Shown here: piece after piece, positions 1 to 13,913 of the stretch
How the letters are laid out: each line of letters begins with the position of its first letter
Position numbering within the stretch: position 1 is the stretch's first letter
DNA from: Octopus vulgaris
Lineage: Eukaryota
Length of the DNA stretch: 64,000 nt
Assembly: GCA_951406725.2 (NCBI GenBank)
Contig: OX597826.1
Coordinates: forward strand, 82,274,001 to 82,338,000
Direction of reading: 5' to 3'
Made by a program: the position numbers and the translations under genes
Notes under the pieces: model-generated
What the model saw: the letters and a program-made list of their open reading frames with translations, nothing else
Database searches by the model: none
Told to the model about the DNA's origin: nothing

Positions 1-843
1 AAACCATTGGAAGCCAAATACCTAGGGAATATTTAAAGTTTTCGTTTAAAATCTCTTTACATTCTTTGAGCATCTGATGAGGGGGGGGACACTATGGTAG
101 AATCAAACAGTTATTATACACACATGCGGGCACATACATATATATGCGTACGGTTTTTCTGTAGAGGGATGCATCGCATGGGCCACGGCCATAATTTAGC
201 CGCAATCCTTGCAGTACACGTAAAGCTGTGAACATCACAACATCTCAGTCGTCTTTCATCTTCTAACAGAGCCAAGGTCCTGTGTTTATGTAAGCAAGTA
301 ATTTATATTAATTTATTGAATGCACTTAGCAATTTAATGCTTCTCTTGCTGCACAAAGTAAAGAGAGTAACAAAAAAAAATAAGAAAGAAATATAGAATA
401 GAAGAAATAAAACAACCACAACAAGTATTTAGAAGACTAAAAAAAAAATGACATTTGGAATATTTATGCAAAGTTAGATTTCGGTGAAATGTATTGGGTA
501 ATTTGAATATGATTAAGTACTTGTCATGTCTTTTGTGCAAGCGAATCATTTTACAAACGAAATAGCGATTTTCTGTCAGTCTTCTTCCATTAAATAGTAA
601 AGTAGTAAAAATGAAATAGTAATATTTATAAAATCGATGGGAATTATAAACACTGTACATATATGAGTGTATACATACATACATACATACATACATACAT
701 ACGTGCATACATACATTCATACACACACACGTTTACACAATCACATATAAACACAGATATTAGACATATATTAATATCTTAATACGTATGTAGGAATGTA
801 TGTATATGTGTGTAGGTGTGTAAATATGTGCATATGTATTGAA

Positions 844-883
<40 letters not shown>

Positions 884-1407
884 GTATACAAATGTGTCTG
901 ACATATGAACTGACACACACACATACGTGCGTGTTGGTGTGTATAGATGATAAAGAATTTGGTGCATGAAAACGTCTAATGAGGTAATGTAGAGAAATAT
1001 GGAAATCTGAGTGAAATAAAACTATAAACTGCTACGAAATAAACTTTTTAAAAGGGAATTAAAAAAAAATGATGAGAGTGAGATTTATAGTTGCTTTTCT
1101 TAAATGCTAGAAAATATAGGTATTGGATTTCAAATCGTGGCAGGTTTGGTGTATCATTTAAAGAAGTATGAACTAAGAATTGATATCTTTTCATTAGTTT
1201 AGACATGGTATCTCTATTTTTACGCTTTGCAGGTTATGAAGTGAATAATCCATTTTTTGCTCGGGTATTATATGAGTACCCGAAGCATCAATCGTATTAT
1301 ACTGCGCTCTTGTTGGTGACAGGTATCCTGAAAGGATGATAGGGCTAAATACAAGGGATCATATGCCACCTGCTGTAACTCTACACTTACCCTTTTCTTA
1401 GTGTAGT

Positions 1408-1465
<58 letters not shown>

Positions 1466-2087
1466 TATAGACATGGGCTGTAACAGCGCGTCACTGCATC
1501 CACTAGTTGTTGCTACTACCTTATTCCACCAGTCTGATGACGCCTTGGCACCACTCAAGCGAGAACCCTGCGCCCCATGGATCTGTTTGCGTAGTCTTAC
1601 CTGATAAGGATTGTACAAGTTTGAATTGCAAATCCTGGCTCAACCACTTTTAGTCCCATTGCACATCGCACAGATAAAGTGTTGGGTCCAATATTTGAGA
1701 TGCCGGTCCCCACACAGTAGAGGAGTCACTTAAAATAAACTATTTTGTTCAAGAACACTGCACGCTGCCCACTCTGGGATTTGAACCTTCCATCTGGTCA
1801 TTGTGCGTGTAACATACCAAATTTCAGTCTGCAAACATTCGAAGGAGAGTCCCAGCTGTTATTCTGGTTCCCATTCATGCTGCAGGAATTCACCTGGAAT
1901 GCTTGGGTATCAACTACATCAACGTCAGAAGAGGTGAATGTTTTGGAAAGCATCAAGGCCAAAGTTCCACCCGACACCAAACAATTAAAAGAAAAACAGG
2001 AAGAAATCATTTGTCATTGCAATCTACACCTGTGGATTACTTTCTTAAGTACAGCTCTCGCGTTCCTTTGCAAATTATCTGTGTGTT

Positions 2088-2125
<38 letters not shown>

Positions 2126-2689
2126 TGTGTGTGTGCGTATAAACTTTTCCCTCGTAGGTGCATAATAGTGCACAAGTGTGTATGTTGCATTACTGCTTAT
2201 GTGTAAAGTGCCGAAATGTTCGTGGTTGCGTAATTGTGAGCACATCTTCACGCAAGAACTTCAAAGGAAGTATTTTAGAAATGCTTTAGATATTTTCCCC
2301 TGTTCCTCTTATGGTATGAATCCGGATAATGCGAATCAATCTGCTCTGCTGGAGATCCGAAGCATTTCTAGGTTTTGGAGATCCGAAGAATTTCTAGGTT
2401 TCTAAAGAAATTAGTTGTTTGTCCAGTGCACCTACAATAATAGAAAGAAACAAAAATATGTAACAGGGATGCAGGATCTCTAAGTTTCTTACCAGTTCTC
2501 CATGGCTGCTCTTCTTTTTCTCGATTCTGAAAAGGCATTCACATTATTATTGATAGTTCTGTTCATACGTACGTACGTGTATGTATGTATGTATTTACGG
2601 ATGGATGGATGGATAGATGGATGGATGGATAGATGGATAGATGGATGGATGCATGCATGTTGATAACAGACCGGCCAAGGCAAACAGTT

Positions 2690-3315
2690 CATTCAGAAGA
2701 CTGCAATAGAGTCTGGAAAAATGATCATCTGGAGAAAGCGACCATGATTAATGTTCTAACCATCCTCTAGCAAGGCTCAAATTCGTGGACCATTTACTGG
2801 CGCCAACCACAGCTCATTGAGTGATCCCATCAGCGCTGCCTTTGTATTATCCTCAGCATCCGCTGGAGTGACTTTGTCAATAACTTCGAAGTTCTAGAAC
2901 AAGTGAAGGTTACCAGCATGGAGGCAATTCTGCTAAAGACACAGCTACGCTGGACAGGACTCGTCACCGGGATGGGAGATTATCGACTTCCCAAGTTGAC
3001 GTTGTATGATGAACTCTCCTCTGTTCATCATGACCGAAGAGCAACAAAGAAGAAATACAAGAAATTCCTTGGTGCCTTTAGTCTATTCTTGCCACTGACT
3101 GTGAAACCTGGTGTCTCATTGGCCAAGGACAACGGTCTCATTTGAATACACTTGCAAAGCTGCCCTTGCAGACAAGAGAAAAGTGAGGAATAACAAAGCT
3201 ATTAAATCAACCTTGATCAGACTATCCATGCAGCCTCTGCGGTTGTGCCTTTTTGTCTAGAATTGGACTTGTTACGTAACGGCAAACCTGTCGTAGACGA
3301 GCACCTCCTCCGTCG
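2690..3315 (+). mobile_element. RTE-clade LINE, 3' fragment (decayed)
   Basis: ORF 2903-3145 reads SMEAILLKTQLRWTGLVTGMGDYRLPKLTLYDELSS, matching the RTE/BovB C-terminal motif QLRWxGHVxRMxxxRLPKxxLYGEL. Stops and frameshifts lie on both sides. Confidence 0.75.
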
Positions 3316-4002
3316 TAGCGTCCTAAATTCAGATTTTTAACTGAAACTCAACCATTGAATGGTTCGAATAAGAGAAACCCAGAATTATAATTCAGGAAGG
3401 TTCGGTTTCAAATAAATATATACACTAGTTTTTTGTATTCATTTCCCCTGCAATTGCATTCATATCTCTCCGGTTATCTATTTCTAAAATATATTCGCTA
3501 AATATAACTATATTCTATTGGAATCCCAGCATGCGGCTGCATCAATTTCTTCTGCCAACAAAAGAATTATATAATATCAGCAACGTATTACCAATCAGGA
3601 ATTTCTACTGATCGCTGGCTTTACCATTATTAAATGGAAAATCTTCAAGCTACAACACTGCTTTAGCTTGGCTTTCAAATACATCAGAGCCGATGGGAAT
3701 CATTTCTCTTTTTTATGACAATATGTTTTAAATATTTGTGACTCACCTGAACAAATAGGCAATGAAAAGCTTTGCCAACTATCACTGACAAGCATTCGTT
3801 TCTGCTGCCAGGCAAAAGTGTCCTCGTCGACATTTGAGCTTAGAAAGTAACAACCCAGACCAAATACACATTTATTCGACTCTGCGACGATTCTTATTAC
3901 TTACCTCCTTGCACGTGTTATATAATGAGATAAAACCTTCAGGGTTGTTGAAGTTTTAGGTGAATAATAGAAAATTCAGATTGTTTGGAATCCAATTTAG
4001 GA

Positions 4003-4005
<3 letters not shown>

Positions 4006-4073
<68 letters not shown>
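4006..4073. repeat. (GA)n microsatellite at the boundary of the Merlin tandem array; a second copy is at 4958-4991
   Basis: Directly visible pure GA run. Confidence 0.95.
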
Positions 4074-4076
<3 letters not shown>

Positions 4077-4954
4077 AATCTACGGCATACAATAAGATAA
4101 ATTTAGCATAAAGTAAAGTCTGAAGCCATTTCGTGGATTTCCGGAGGATGAAACTCATTCTTGGTAGAATTTGAACTGAGAATATAAAGCAACATTAATA
4201 CTGCAAGGCTGTCTGTTGGACGCCCATCAGTATCTGATAATTCATTACTCTCACTATATTGAATATACTGGATAATCAACCATTGCATCGAAGTGCAGAG
4301 GACTAGAGAGTCTGGAACATCTGTTTAGTTTAAAGACTTGATTACATTCTGACATCAGTTCTGATCTTCATTTACATAACTGCACCAGGCTCGAAGCAAC
4401 CAACTCCGAATAGATCACATTTTCCATAGAAACTTCGGCACTACCACAGAATTAGCTGTCAGGAGTAAAGTAAAAAGGTGTGACGTCAATCTGACGTCAC
4501 TCGTCCATCTTCGATTGTTTCCGTAGAATTTATCAAATTAGAAAACGCAAATTTAATATATTTTCTGAAATTGCAAATTATTTAAAATATAAAAATATAA
4601 TTTTCAACAGAGAGAATTTATCAAAATATAAAACAAATGAAGTTTGAAGTTAAGTCTAAAAATAAATGTTATACTCATGCTCTGTAGATGTTTATACTCT
4701 GTAATGTTTCACATGCATGGATATAGATGTCGAATTTGTTCCAATAACTTTCCGAAGATTTCGTCCTTAAATTCATAAAACCACATGAATTCAATGAGAT
4801 GGGATTGAAGTAAATTTCGGGCTCTTCCATTTTCTCTTTTGTTGCGATTCTTTACATGCTTCCATAAACAGTCTATGTGGTTGGTTGTGGCAAATGTTAC
4901 CTGATCAACAAAATTTATTGAATGATTCACAGTCAAATGCCTATATCCTAGCTG

Positions 4955-4994
<40 letters not shown>

Positions 4995-6750
4995 AATCTA
5001 CGGCATACAATAAGATAAATTTAGCATAAAGTAAAGTCTGAAGCCATTTCGTGGATTTCCGGAGGATGAAACTCATTCTTGGTAGAATTTGAACTGAGAA
5101 TATAAAGCAACATTAATACTGCAAGGCTGTCTGTTGGACGCCCATCAGTATCTGATAATTCATTACTCTCACTATATTGAATATACTGGATAATCAACCA
5201 TTGCATCGAAGTGCAGAGGACTAGAGAGTCTGGAACATCTGTTTAGTTTAAAGACTTGATTACATTCTGACATCAGTTCTGATCTTCATTTACATAACTG
5301 CACCAGGCTCGAAGCAACCAACTCCGAATAGATCACATTTTCCATAGAAACTTCGGCACTACCACAGAATTAGCTGTCAGGAGTAAAGTAAAAAGGTGTG
5401 ACGTCAATCTGACGTCACTCGTCCATCTTCGATTGTTTCCGTAGAATTTATCAAATTAGAAAACGCAAATTTAATATATTTTCTGAAATTGCAAATTATT
5501 TAAAATATAAAAATATAATTTTCAACAGAGAGAATTTATCAAAATATAAAACAAATGAAGTTTGAAGTTAAGTCTAAAAATAAATGTTATACTCATGCTC
5601 TGTAGATGTTTATACTCTGTAATGTTTCACATGCATGGATATAGATGTCGAATTTGTTCCAATAACTTTCCGAGAGTCCTTAAATTCATAAAACCACATG
5701 AATTCAATGAGATGGGATTGAGTAAATTTCGGGCTGTTCCATTTTCTCTTTTGTTGCGATTCTTTACATGCTTCCATAAACAGTCTATGTGGTTGGTTGT
5801 GGCAAATGTTACCTGATCAACAAAATTTATTGAATGATTCACAGTCAAATGCCTATATCCTAGCTGATTGATAAATTTACAATAAGATAAATTTAGCATA
5901 AAGTAAAGTCTGAAGCCATTTCGTGGATTTCCGGAGGATGAAACTCATTCTTGGTAGAATTTGAACTGAGAATATAAAGCAACATTAATACTGCAAGGCT
6001 GTCTGTTGGACGCCCATCAGTATCTGATAATTCATTACTCTCACTATATTGAATATACTGGATAATCAACCATTGCATCGAAGTGCAGAGGACTAGAGAG
6101 TCTGGAACATCTGTTTAGTTTAAAGACTTGATTACATTCTGACATCAGTTCTGATCTTCATTTACATAACTGCACCAGGCTCGAAGCAACCAACTCCGAA
6201 TAGATCACATTTTCCATAGAAACTTCGGCACTACCACAGAATTAGCTGTCAGGAGTAAAGTAAAAAGGTGTGACGTCAATCTGACGTCACTCGTCCATCT
6301 TCGATTGTTTCCGTAGAATTTATCAAATTAGAAAACGCAAATTTAATATATTTTCTGAAATTGCAAATTATTTAAAATATAAAAATATAATTTTCAACAG
6401 AGAGAATTTATCAAAATATAAAACAAATGAAGTTTGAAGTTAAGTCTAAAAATAAATGTTATACTCATGCTCTGTAGATGTTTATACTCTGTAATGTTTC
6501 ACATGCATGGATATAGATGTCGAATTTGTTCCAATAACTTTCCGAAGATTTCGTCCTTAAATTCATAAAACCACATGAATTCAATGAGATGGGATTGAAG
6601 TAAATTTCGGGCTCTTCCATTTTCTCTTTTGCTGCGATTCTTTACATGCTTCCATAAACAGTCTATGTGGTTGGTTGTGGCAAATGTTACCTGATCAACA
6701 AAATTTATTGAATGATTCACAGTCAAATGCCTATATCCTAGCTGATTGAG
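4074..6750. repeat. Tandem triplication of about 0.88 kb (copies ~4074-4960, 4992-5870, 5878-6750) of the 3' end of a Merlin transposon
   Basis: Near-identical sequence in all three copies. The identical 61-aa ORF appears three times (4103, 5021, 5893) and the transposase C-terminus three times. Confidence 0.95.
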
Positions 6751-7232
6751 CGTATTATACGAACGCCAGAGGTCAGACATTATAGTTGTACCAGGCAATA
6801 TACGCTCTTGTATAATTTGTAAAAGAGTGTCCGCAGTCCGATCTTCCACTGCCACCAAAAAAATCTTCTAGCATCCCTTTCCAAAGCACCAAAAACCCAC
6901 TGCGTTTTAACTCGATGACCAACATTATATTTTCTTCTAACAAATGCACTTTTATCTATCTCTACAATTCGGTTTGGTTTCCGTGCTTAATGCTTTGTGC
7001 AACATAATATTCTGCACATATATCAAGGCAAAAGTTTCTCCAATCTCTGACGGCTACATTCGCTATACGACATTCCTGGACTATTCCCTTTGCCAAATCT
7101 TCTTTTGCCCAATAATATAAAATATCAATAATTTTGCTCACACTTCAACTTACTATTCTCTAGAAATGTTCCTTTTCTAATCGAAACCATTTTTCTACAA
7201 GGCCTTCCACATGACCATATCACGCCATCCGG
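6499..7232 (-). pseudogene. Merlin / IS1016 (ISXO2-like) DDE transposase, frameshifted and 5'-truncated
   Basis: Minus-strand translation gives DGVIWSCGRPCRKMVSIRKGTFLENS...YYW...DWRNFCLDIC, then VEIDKSAFVRRKYNVGHRVKTQWVFGALER, then VEDRTADTLLQIIQERILPGTTIMSDLWRSY...HLTVNHSINFVD...TNHIDCLW. These are the characteristic Merlin/ISXO2 motifs. Confidence 0.92.
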
Positions 7233-7839
7233 CTTTAGTTTTTGTATTCCAGTGATGCTTTTCTTTCCGTAGAAATTAAGTTGGTATCGTTTTTTAACCT
7301 TTCAACTGAATTTAGATCAAACCTATACGAAACAATGCATGCTGCATGAATTGGAAAGTGGTTCTTCAGAAACGGAAGCGGCAAGAAATCTTCCTTCTGC
7401 ATATGGACATGAAGCTTCAAATGTCTTCGAACGCCAAGTATGGTCAGCTTCACCGGGAAAATTTTCTCTAGCAGATTCTTCTTGATGGATAACTAAGTTC
7501 TCTCGATTTTGAGCTCATGAAGACCGTAGTTGAGAAAAGTCCAGTACACGGGAATCAGCATAAACAGTTCAATTCCAGTTACACTTCGCATCATTGAACC
7601 TATCCATGAACTAAAAAAAGGGTCTCAACTTAATGGCCACCTCCTTATCAATTTCGTTACTGACCGGTATTGACCGAGTGTCTCTTGAATCACAAGTGCT
7701 TAAACATGGGTTCTCTACAACTTTATCCAACCGAAATAATAATACCCAATAGAAAAGAAATGATCCATCCCTGAAGCAGAGCTATGCCTGATAAAAAGTA
7801 TGCGCTATGTTTGTTGGGGTATGAAAGATGTCTGTCATG

Positions 7840-8092
7840 CAGCGTTAAATCAAAATGAAATAGTCTTTGCAGAGGAGTATTATTAACTGGATACATTGAA
7901 GAGAAAGTGCTGATCATTGATTATACGTAAAGGGTGTTGCTGTTGCAGGATAGTGCAAAACCACATATTGCCCAAATCCTTCAGGAAAAGGTCATGGCAA
8001 TAAATATGGAAGTTTTGTCAGTCTTAATCCACATTTGCTCATTTGGAGTTGCTCCATTATCTTTTCATCATTGTAACATTATTTAGAGAAAC
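7840..8092 (+). mobile_element. mariner transposase fragment (highly decayed)
   Basis: Translates, with a frameshift, to RKG-VLLLQDSAKPHIAQILQEKVMAINMEVL, similar to the mariner motif HDNARPH...LGWEVL. Confidence 0.65.
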
Positions 8093-8554
8093 TTAAAATT
8101 CGTATTGAGTGTTGCCTACATACACACATACATAGATACATACATACATACATACATACATACATGCATACGTATGTACGTACCTACATAATACACACAT
8201 ACATACATATGTACTTACAATAAATCTCAGTCGGATCAAGGTGGGATTTTCAGAAAAAGGAATCAACCAACCGATTCGCACATTACAAATACAATCAGTA
8301 AGCGGAACAGTAAAACTCTGCAAGACTTTTCTCATATTTAAAATGTGACAATGTCTTCGTAATTTGCGTTCCAATGATGCAGCTTTGTATTTTCAGAGGA
8401 ATAATTTAAATGATTAAAAACCGAAGAGAAACACACACACAAACATACACACACGCATACACACACACACACACATACACACACACACACACACACATAC
8501 ACACACACACACACACACGCACACAAACGCACACAAACGCACACATACACACAC

Positions 8555-8589
<35 letters not shown>

Positions 8590-8604
8590 AACGCACACAC
8601 ACAC

Positions 8605-8653
<49 letters not shown>

Positions 8654-10384
8654 TGTAATGCACACCAGGAAACTGCAATTATTGCATATACGAACAAAAC
8701 ACATTGAAAATTGATTTGGACTCTTCTGTTGATATCGGAAATGAATGTTAATTTCTAATGATTGTCTCTGTTGTCACTTTCGCTTTCTGTAAAATATATA
8801 TTCCTCCTAATTATTGTTTTAGACACCTGATATTCTTAAATTATTCCCCTCTACATCGGTTTAATTTAAGAATTAATATATATTTCTTTTGGTTCAAGTG
8901 TAACCGTTTCTCTGCCTCACCACCATTCGCATCATATGCAGAAGCGCCTTTTCTAGTCTTGTTGCAACAGTTCGCGCAATTCCGGTTCACGAGTTTTTGC
9001 AGAGCGGAACATTTCCTTCATTTCATTGCAGTAAATGGTGTTATTAAACAGAAAATTAGGCCCTGTTATTTTCTGTCTCATGTAGACTATGTCGGTCTCG
9101 ATTACGGAGATGACAGACCCACTCAAAAAACACAAATTCAGCATTTGGCAGAGCACACATATTCCAAAAGCAAACCTCTCAATTCAGTCATATTTAAGAT
9201 CTGCAGCGTTTTCAATAAACAAACAAGGTGATTGAGTACGTATACACTCAAAGACATACTTTTCCCCTCTTGATTCCGGTTGTAAGACCGTCTTTGGTGA
9301 AACTGAGATGAAGGTCTCACGAGTGAGATGTAATCATGCCAGGCCGTGTGACTTGTGTACTGGAGATCACTCGCTGTTTTTGGCAATAACACATTGCCAA
9401 TGGTATCTGCATGTTAGAGATGACGGGATTTTCGCAAAACCAACTGTAGTTTGTTTATTTCAAAGAAATAAAACATTTCTTCTGATACCCTGAGTCAACA
9501 TTGATAAGCCACGCCGCCATGTATACAATTTCAAGCATTTCGTCTCTATCCAAAAGTCATACATTTCTTATCTGCTTATTGATATTCTATAAAACTACAC
9601 ATAAACATCTCTGAATCAGATTAATTGGAAATCGGAAGAACGTCACGCTAATAATAGTTGCTCCCTGTAATTTCAGCTGACAATTAAATAAATGACCGAA
9701 ACTACACAGAACGATTACTTAGCGTCACTCCATTTTTGTTTTTACACAATTCATATCTTCCTTCTCCACATAAAAGCATGCATACCTATACGTACGTTTT
9801 GTATGTATGTGTGTATGTGTGTGTATGCATGTATGTATGTTTGTATGTATGTATGTATGTATGTATGTATGTTTGTATGTATGTATGTGTGTATGTGTGT
9901 ATGTATGTATGCATGTATGTATGTATGTGTGTCTGTATGTATGTATGTGTGTGCGTGCGTGTATATGTATATATGTATGTATGCATGTATGTATGTATGT
10001 GTGTGTGCGCGTGCGTGAGTGAATATACATACGATTTGTATGTATTTATGTATGTATGTGCATGTGTGTGTGTGTGTGTGTTTGCGTGAGTGAGTATACA
10101 TATGTTTTGTATGTATGTATGTATGTATGTATGTATGTGTGTGTGCGTGCGTGTATATGTATGTATATATGTACGTATGTAAGTATGTGTGTGTGCGTAC
10201 GTGTGTATGTATGTATATATATGCATGCATGTATGTATGTGTGTATGTGTATGTATGTGTGTGTGTGTGCGTGCGTGAGTGAGTATATATATTCGTTGGT
10301 TACAAATTTTGCCCGAAGGCCAGCAAGATGGGAGCAGAGTGGGTGGGATGTGTTGTTTGTATCCGATCGCAGAGCTCGGCCGTT

Positions 10385-10518
10385 ACTTATTATGTCAACC
10401 CCGAAAGGATGAAAGGCGAAGTCGATCGCAGTAGAATTTGAACTCAGAATGTAAAGACGGACGAAGTGTCGGTAAGCACTTTGCACGGAGTGTCAACGAT
10501 TCTATCAGTTCGTCGCCT
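10385..10518 (-). mobile_element. tRNA-derived SINE, family 1 (diverged copy)
   Basis: Reverse complement of the gagttcaaattc...gtcgactttgcctttcatcctttcggggt core seen at 47216-47432. Confidence 0.75.
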
Positions 10519-10550
10519 AAAATGAAAAACACACACACACGCACACATAC

Positions 10551-10622
<72 letters not shown>

Positions 10623-11819
10623 ACATTGTTTTCAGTTTTCTTCAAATATAGGAGTGAAACCGTTTTTAGTCTTATTATGAGGAAAATTCTATATGGAAAT
10701 GTTTATATGGTGTATGATGGTGTGTGTGTGTGGGGGGGTATTGAAGTACTGTATTTGGTGGAGACAGAGCTTCTCTTTAAACTTTTTTAGTACTCAGCTA
10801 ACATCTTCTAAAGAATTTTCAACTATAAATCTGAGCTGAGAGAAAAAGTAAAAATTCTTCTCCACCAGAGACACAGGATGCAGAAGATCTGGAAGTATTC
10901 TTCGACTGTTGACAGCGAGAAACACCCTCCTCTCATATTCATGTTTACGTTGAGTTTGACAACCAAAGTACGTAACATTTGATTTATCTTCCTCAGATTC
11001 TGTATAAAGAAATAGGTGTGATATGAGTCAGACATGCACAAAAAAGGATGCTGTAGAGGAAAGAAAATGGACCTTCAAATTGAACTGCATAATAATAATA
11101 ATAATCATCAGCTTAAGTAATTGAGTGATACTACACACTGACTGGTCAGAATACAGTTTGCAAAACCTAGGAATCTGGAGTCTACACAGCTGTACAGATT
11201 CAATCATCTCGCTATAGTCAAACATTGTGAAGCATGACTGTCACCACTACTACACGAACCTGAAGATTGCAGAATTTAATGCATGAAAGTACTAGTTCAA
11301 TCAGAATGAACATTTAACATTCTATTATTTTATTTTATTATATTATATTATCTTATATCATTTATAAGATTGTAAATAAAACGTGAAAATCAGACAAGTT
11401 TGGAATTCCTTTTATTAATATATATATACATATATATATGTATGTGTGTATATATATAATTGAAGAAACTGGAATCACGAAGAAGGAGTATGGTTGACGG
11501 TGGAACAGTCCAACCGTACTCCTTCTAGCTTACTCCAATCTCTTTAATTTTATATTCACACACGTGAATATAAACTTGGAACTATTTATGATTCTACTAC
11601 TACCACCGGATAATACAGGTTAATTCTGAAGGTGGACACGAGCTTTATACGGTGCTCTTCCACGTTCCTAACGGAATATACCATAACTATGTGTACATAT
11701 ATATGTGTGTAAGCATACGCATGCGTGCATACATCCCTGTATTTGGTTTGCAAGATTTTGATGTGAAATCTTGTTAAAATGGATCTAGTATCTTGGGAGT
11801 TGGGTTTTTCTTTGTTTGT

Positions 11820-11975
11820 CTTTGTGTTCTGAGTTCGAATCCTGTTGTGGTCGACTTTGCCTTTCATCCTTTTGGCGTCGATGACATAAATATGCGTTGA
11901 GCAATGGTGGGGTCGATGTAATCGATTCCTTCCTACCACAACATTTCAAGCCTTGTTCCTCGAATTGAAAAAGGA
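11820..11975 (+). mobile_element. tRNA-derived SINE, family 1, type-B tail
   Basis: gttctgagttcgaatcc (B box) followed by gtcgactttgcctttcatcc...ggggtcgatgtaatcga. Confidence 0.8.
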
Positions 11976-12479
11976 ATTATTAACCAACTAATTATCAATT
12001 TAACCAGTTAACTGAGCGACTGCGTGAGCACTCATTTGGTTAATTAATCAATCAGTTAAGATTGTTATGGTTCTTTCGTTGCCATTCCTGATCTCATTAA
12101 TGTCCTCTCTGCCTGAGCTCGATTTGTCTTTAGGTTTAATACGATGGTCTTGGATTTGGAGATGATAGACTCGGTGCTGGAGATGATAGATTTAGGGGTG
12201 ACAGAGAATATGGAGGTGCTGGATAATAAAAGAGTTCTCTGTGAGTGGTTTATTTCTGTAGTCAATTTATTGGAATAACCAAAAATATCAAAAGAAACTT
12301 CAACAAAATGTTTGATTTAAGTGGTTTTTGTTGCAGCTGAGATCATCAGAAATTATCTGTAAAACTTTGGTAACATAATCTCTGAATAAGAAATTTGCGC
12401 CTCGAACTTTCCTATCCTGGCTTTAAATGATATGAAATTCTTCTGTTAATGTCTTCGTCAAAATATTTTCACTATAAAT

Positions 12480-12950
12480 CCTAGCTTTCTCCAGAAAACT
12501 GCTGCTGGTTTATTCCAAAATAACACATTATCGTCTACTTTACATATTTTCTCTGACAAATAATGTCCGTCAATACTTTTTTCATTATTTCTGAGATTTT
12601 ATTCACATCACTCGCTTCTGCACTCGCTGCGTTTTATTGCCCTTTAATATTGGGGAAATTTGTCAGCTTTTATAACGATTGAACCAAGCCTACTCTTAAC
12701 AGATTCCTCCTTATATCACATCCATTTGCTGCATGTGCAGCTTTTAAATGGTTGAAAAGCCTTCGCTTCTTTTCTTGTTCTAAACCAAGGCTAATAGGCA
12801 TAGAACGCTAATTTAGCTCCTCAAAGGAATTCACAAGATCCGTCCTATTTCAGTAATTAAAGCACATCGTTGCTTGGTGATAATTGTAGCTTTCATTGAT
12901 GAAGAGCCTTTTACATGCTCCATTATTCTAAATTTCTCCTTTAATATTAA
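12480..12950 (-). mobile_element. Tigger/pogo (CENP-B-like) transposase remnant
   Basis: Broken minus-strand frames resemble SxGWFNRxK...AASA...YLSEKICKVDDNVLFW, i.e. the CENP-B HTH followed by the first catalytic NxDETGLFW motif. Confidence 0.55.
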
Positions 12951-13487
12951 TACCGATCGGTAACCGACTAAAGCCTATTTTCCCGTATTCATTGACATCC
13001 CCCCCCGCCGCCATTCCGATCGCCTTTTTTTATTGCCACTTTAATTTAAGTCTTTAGCGCTAACCTATCCTTTGATGCACCACCATCAATTAGATCGGAT
13101 TTTCAATTTGGAGACATGGTTACGGGGCTAAACACAGGAAATACTTAAGACAAATAACATGAATAACTCACGCAACAAATGTTTATCTGACCTTACTTAA
13201 AATGGTCGTAGCGTTGATCTCCTTTCCGAGCTGGCGAACGCTGAGAACGAACAATGAGTGATTGCGCGACACAAAGTAGTCCTTCACTTCGTTATTATTA
13301 TTAACCATTGTACAGAAAACAAATGTTTAATGAGAAGCTTCATACAGGACATTTCGAAACTATGGCTATTCGGAAATAGCACCACATTACACCAGACAAT
13401 GTCTATACACACACACACACACACACACTTACGCACACATACGCACACACGCACGCACGCATCCCACCAAACACATATGAGATGTGC

Positions 13488-13780
13488 AGGAATGGTGGCG
13501 TCATGTAGCGGTTTGCCTCATAAGCACACGGTTTCAGGACAACTGCGTGGGCCTCTTAGTCTTTTTCTCTGGTCTCGGACCGATTAAGGCCTTGTGAGTG
13601 GTACAGGTTGACGGACACTGCTTGCCAGCGCTTCCTATACACATTAACAGCTGTGTGTTTGTGGGCATGTCGCCAAACATGGACCCCTAGAACAAACACG
13701 GATGCTGAGCTGTTTGGCTAAACCCTTGAAGGCGGTGCTCCAGCATGGCCGCAGTTCACTGCCTAAAACAAGTAAGAATT
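13488..13780 (+). mobile_element. SINE, family 2, with 3' tail ggcggtgctccagcatggccgcag...aaacaagtaa
   Basis: The same tail recurs at 28520-28575, 28675-28720 (reverse complement) and 46240-46280. Confidence 0.6.
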
Positions 13781-13868
13781 AAATGGTGTAGACACACACA
13801 TATCCCTATATACATATATATGTATTTACATACATTTACATATATACACACACATATATATATATATC

Positions 13869-13913
<45 letters not shown>

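Noticed and set aside
68-115. ctgatgaggggggggac...aatcaaacagtt as a hammerhead
   Set aside because: CUGAUGA is present but GAAA, stem II and stem I are not intact; at best a decayed copy.
1530-1575. ctgatgacgccttgg...caagcgagaac as a hammerhead
   Set aside because: A stem-II-like hairpin is present but there is no GAAA/UH core or stem I.
4103-6078. Thrice-repeated 61-aa ORF MQWLIIQY... as a gene family
   Set aside because: It is a by-product of the triplicated non-coding Merlin end and has no recognisable domain.
10680-11090. Possible piggyBac C-terminal remnant
   Set aside because: Only vague motif similarity, and no TTAA-flanked TIR was identified.
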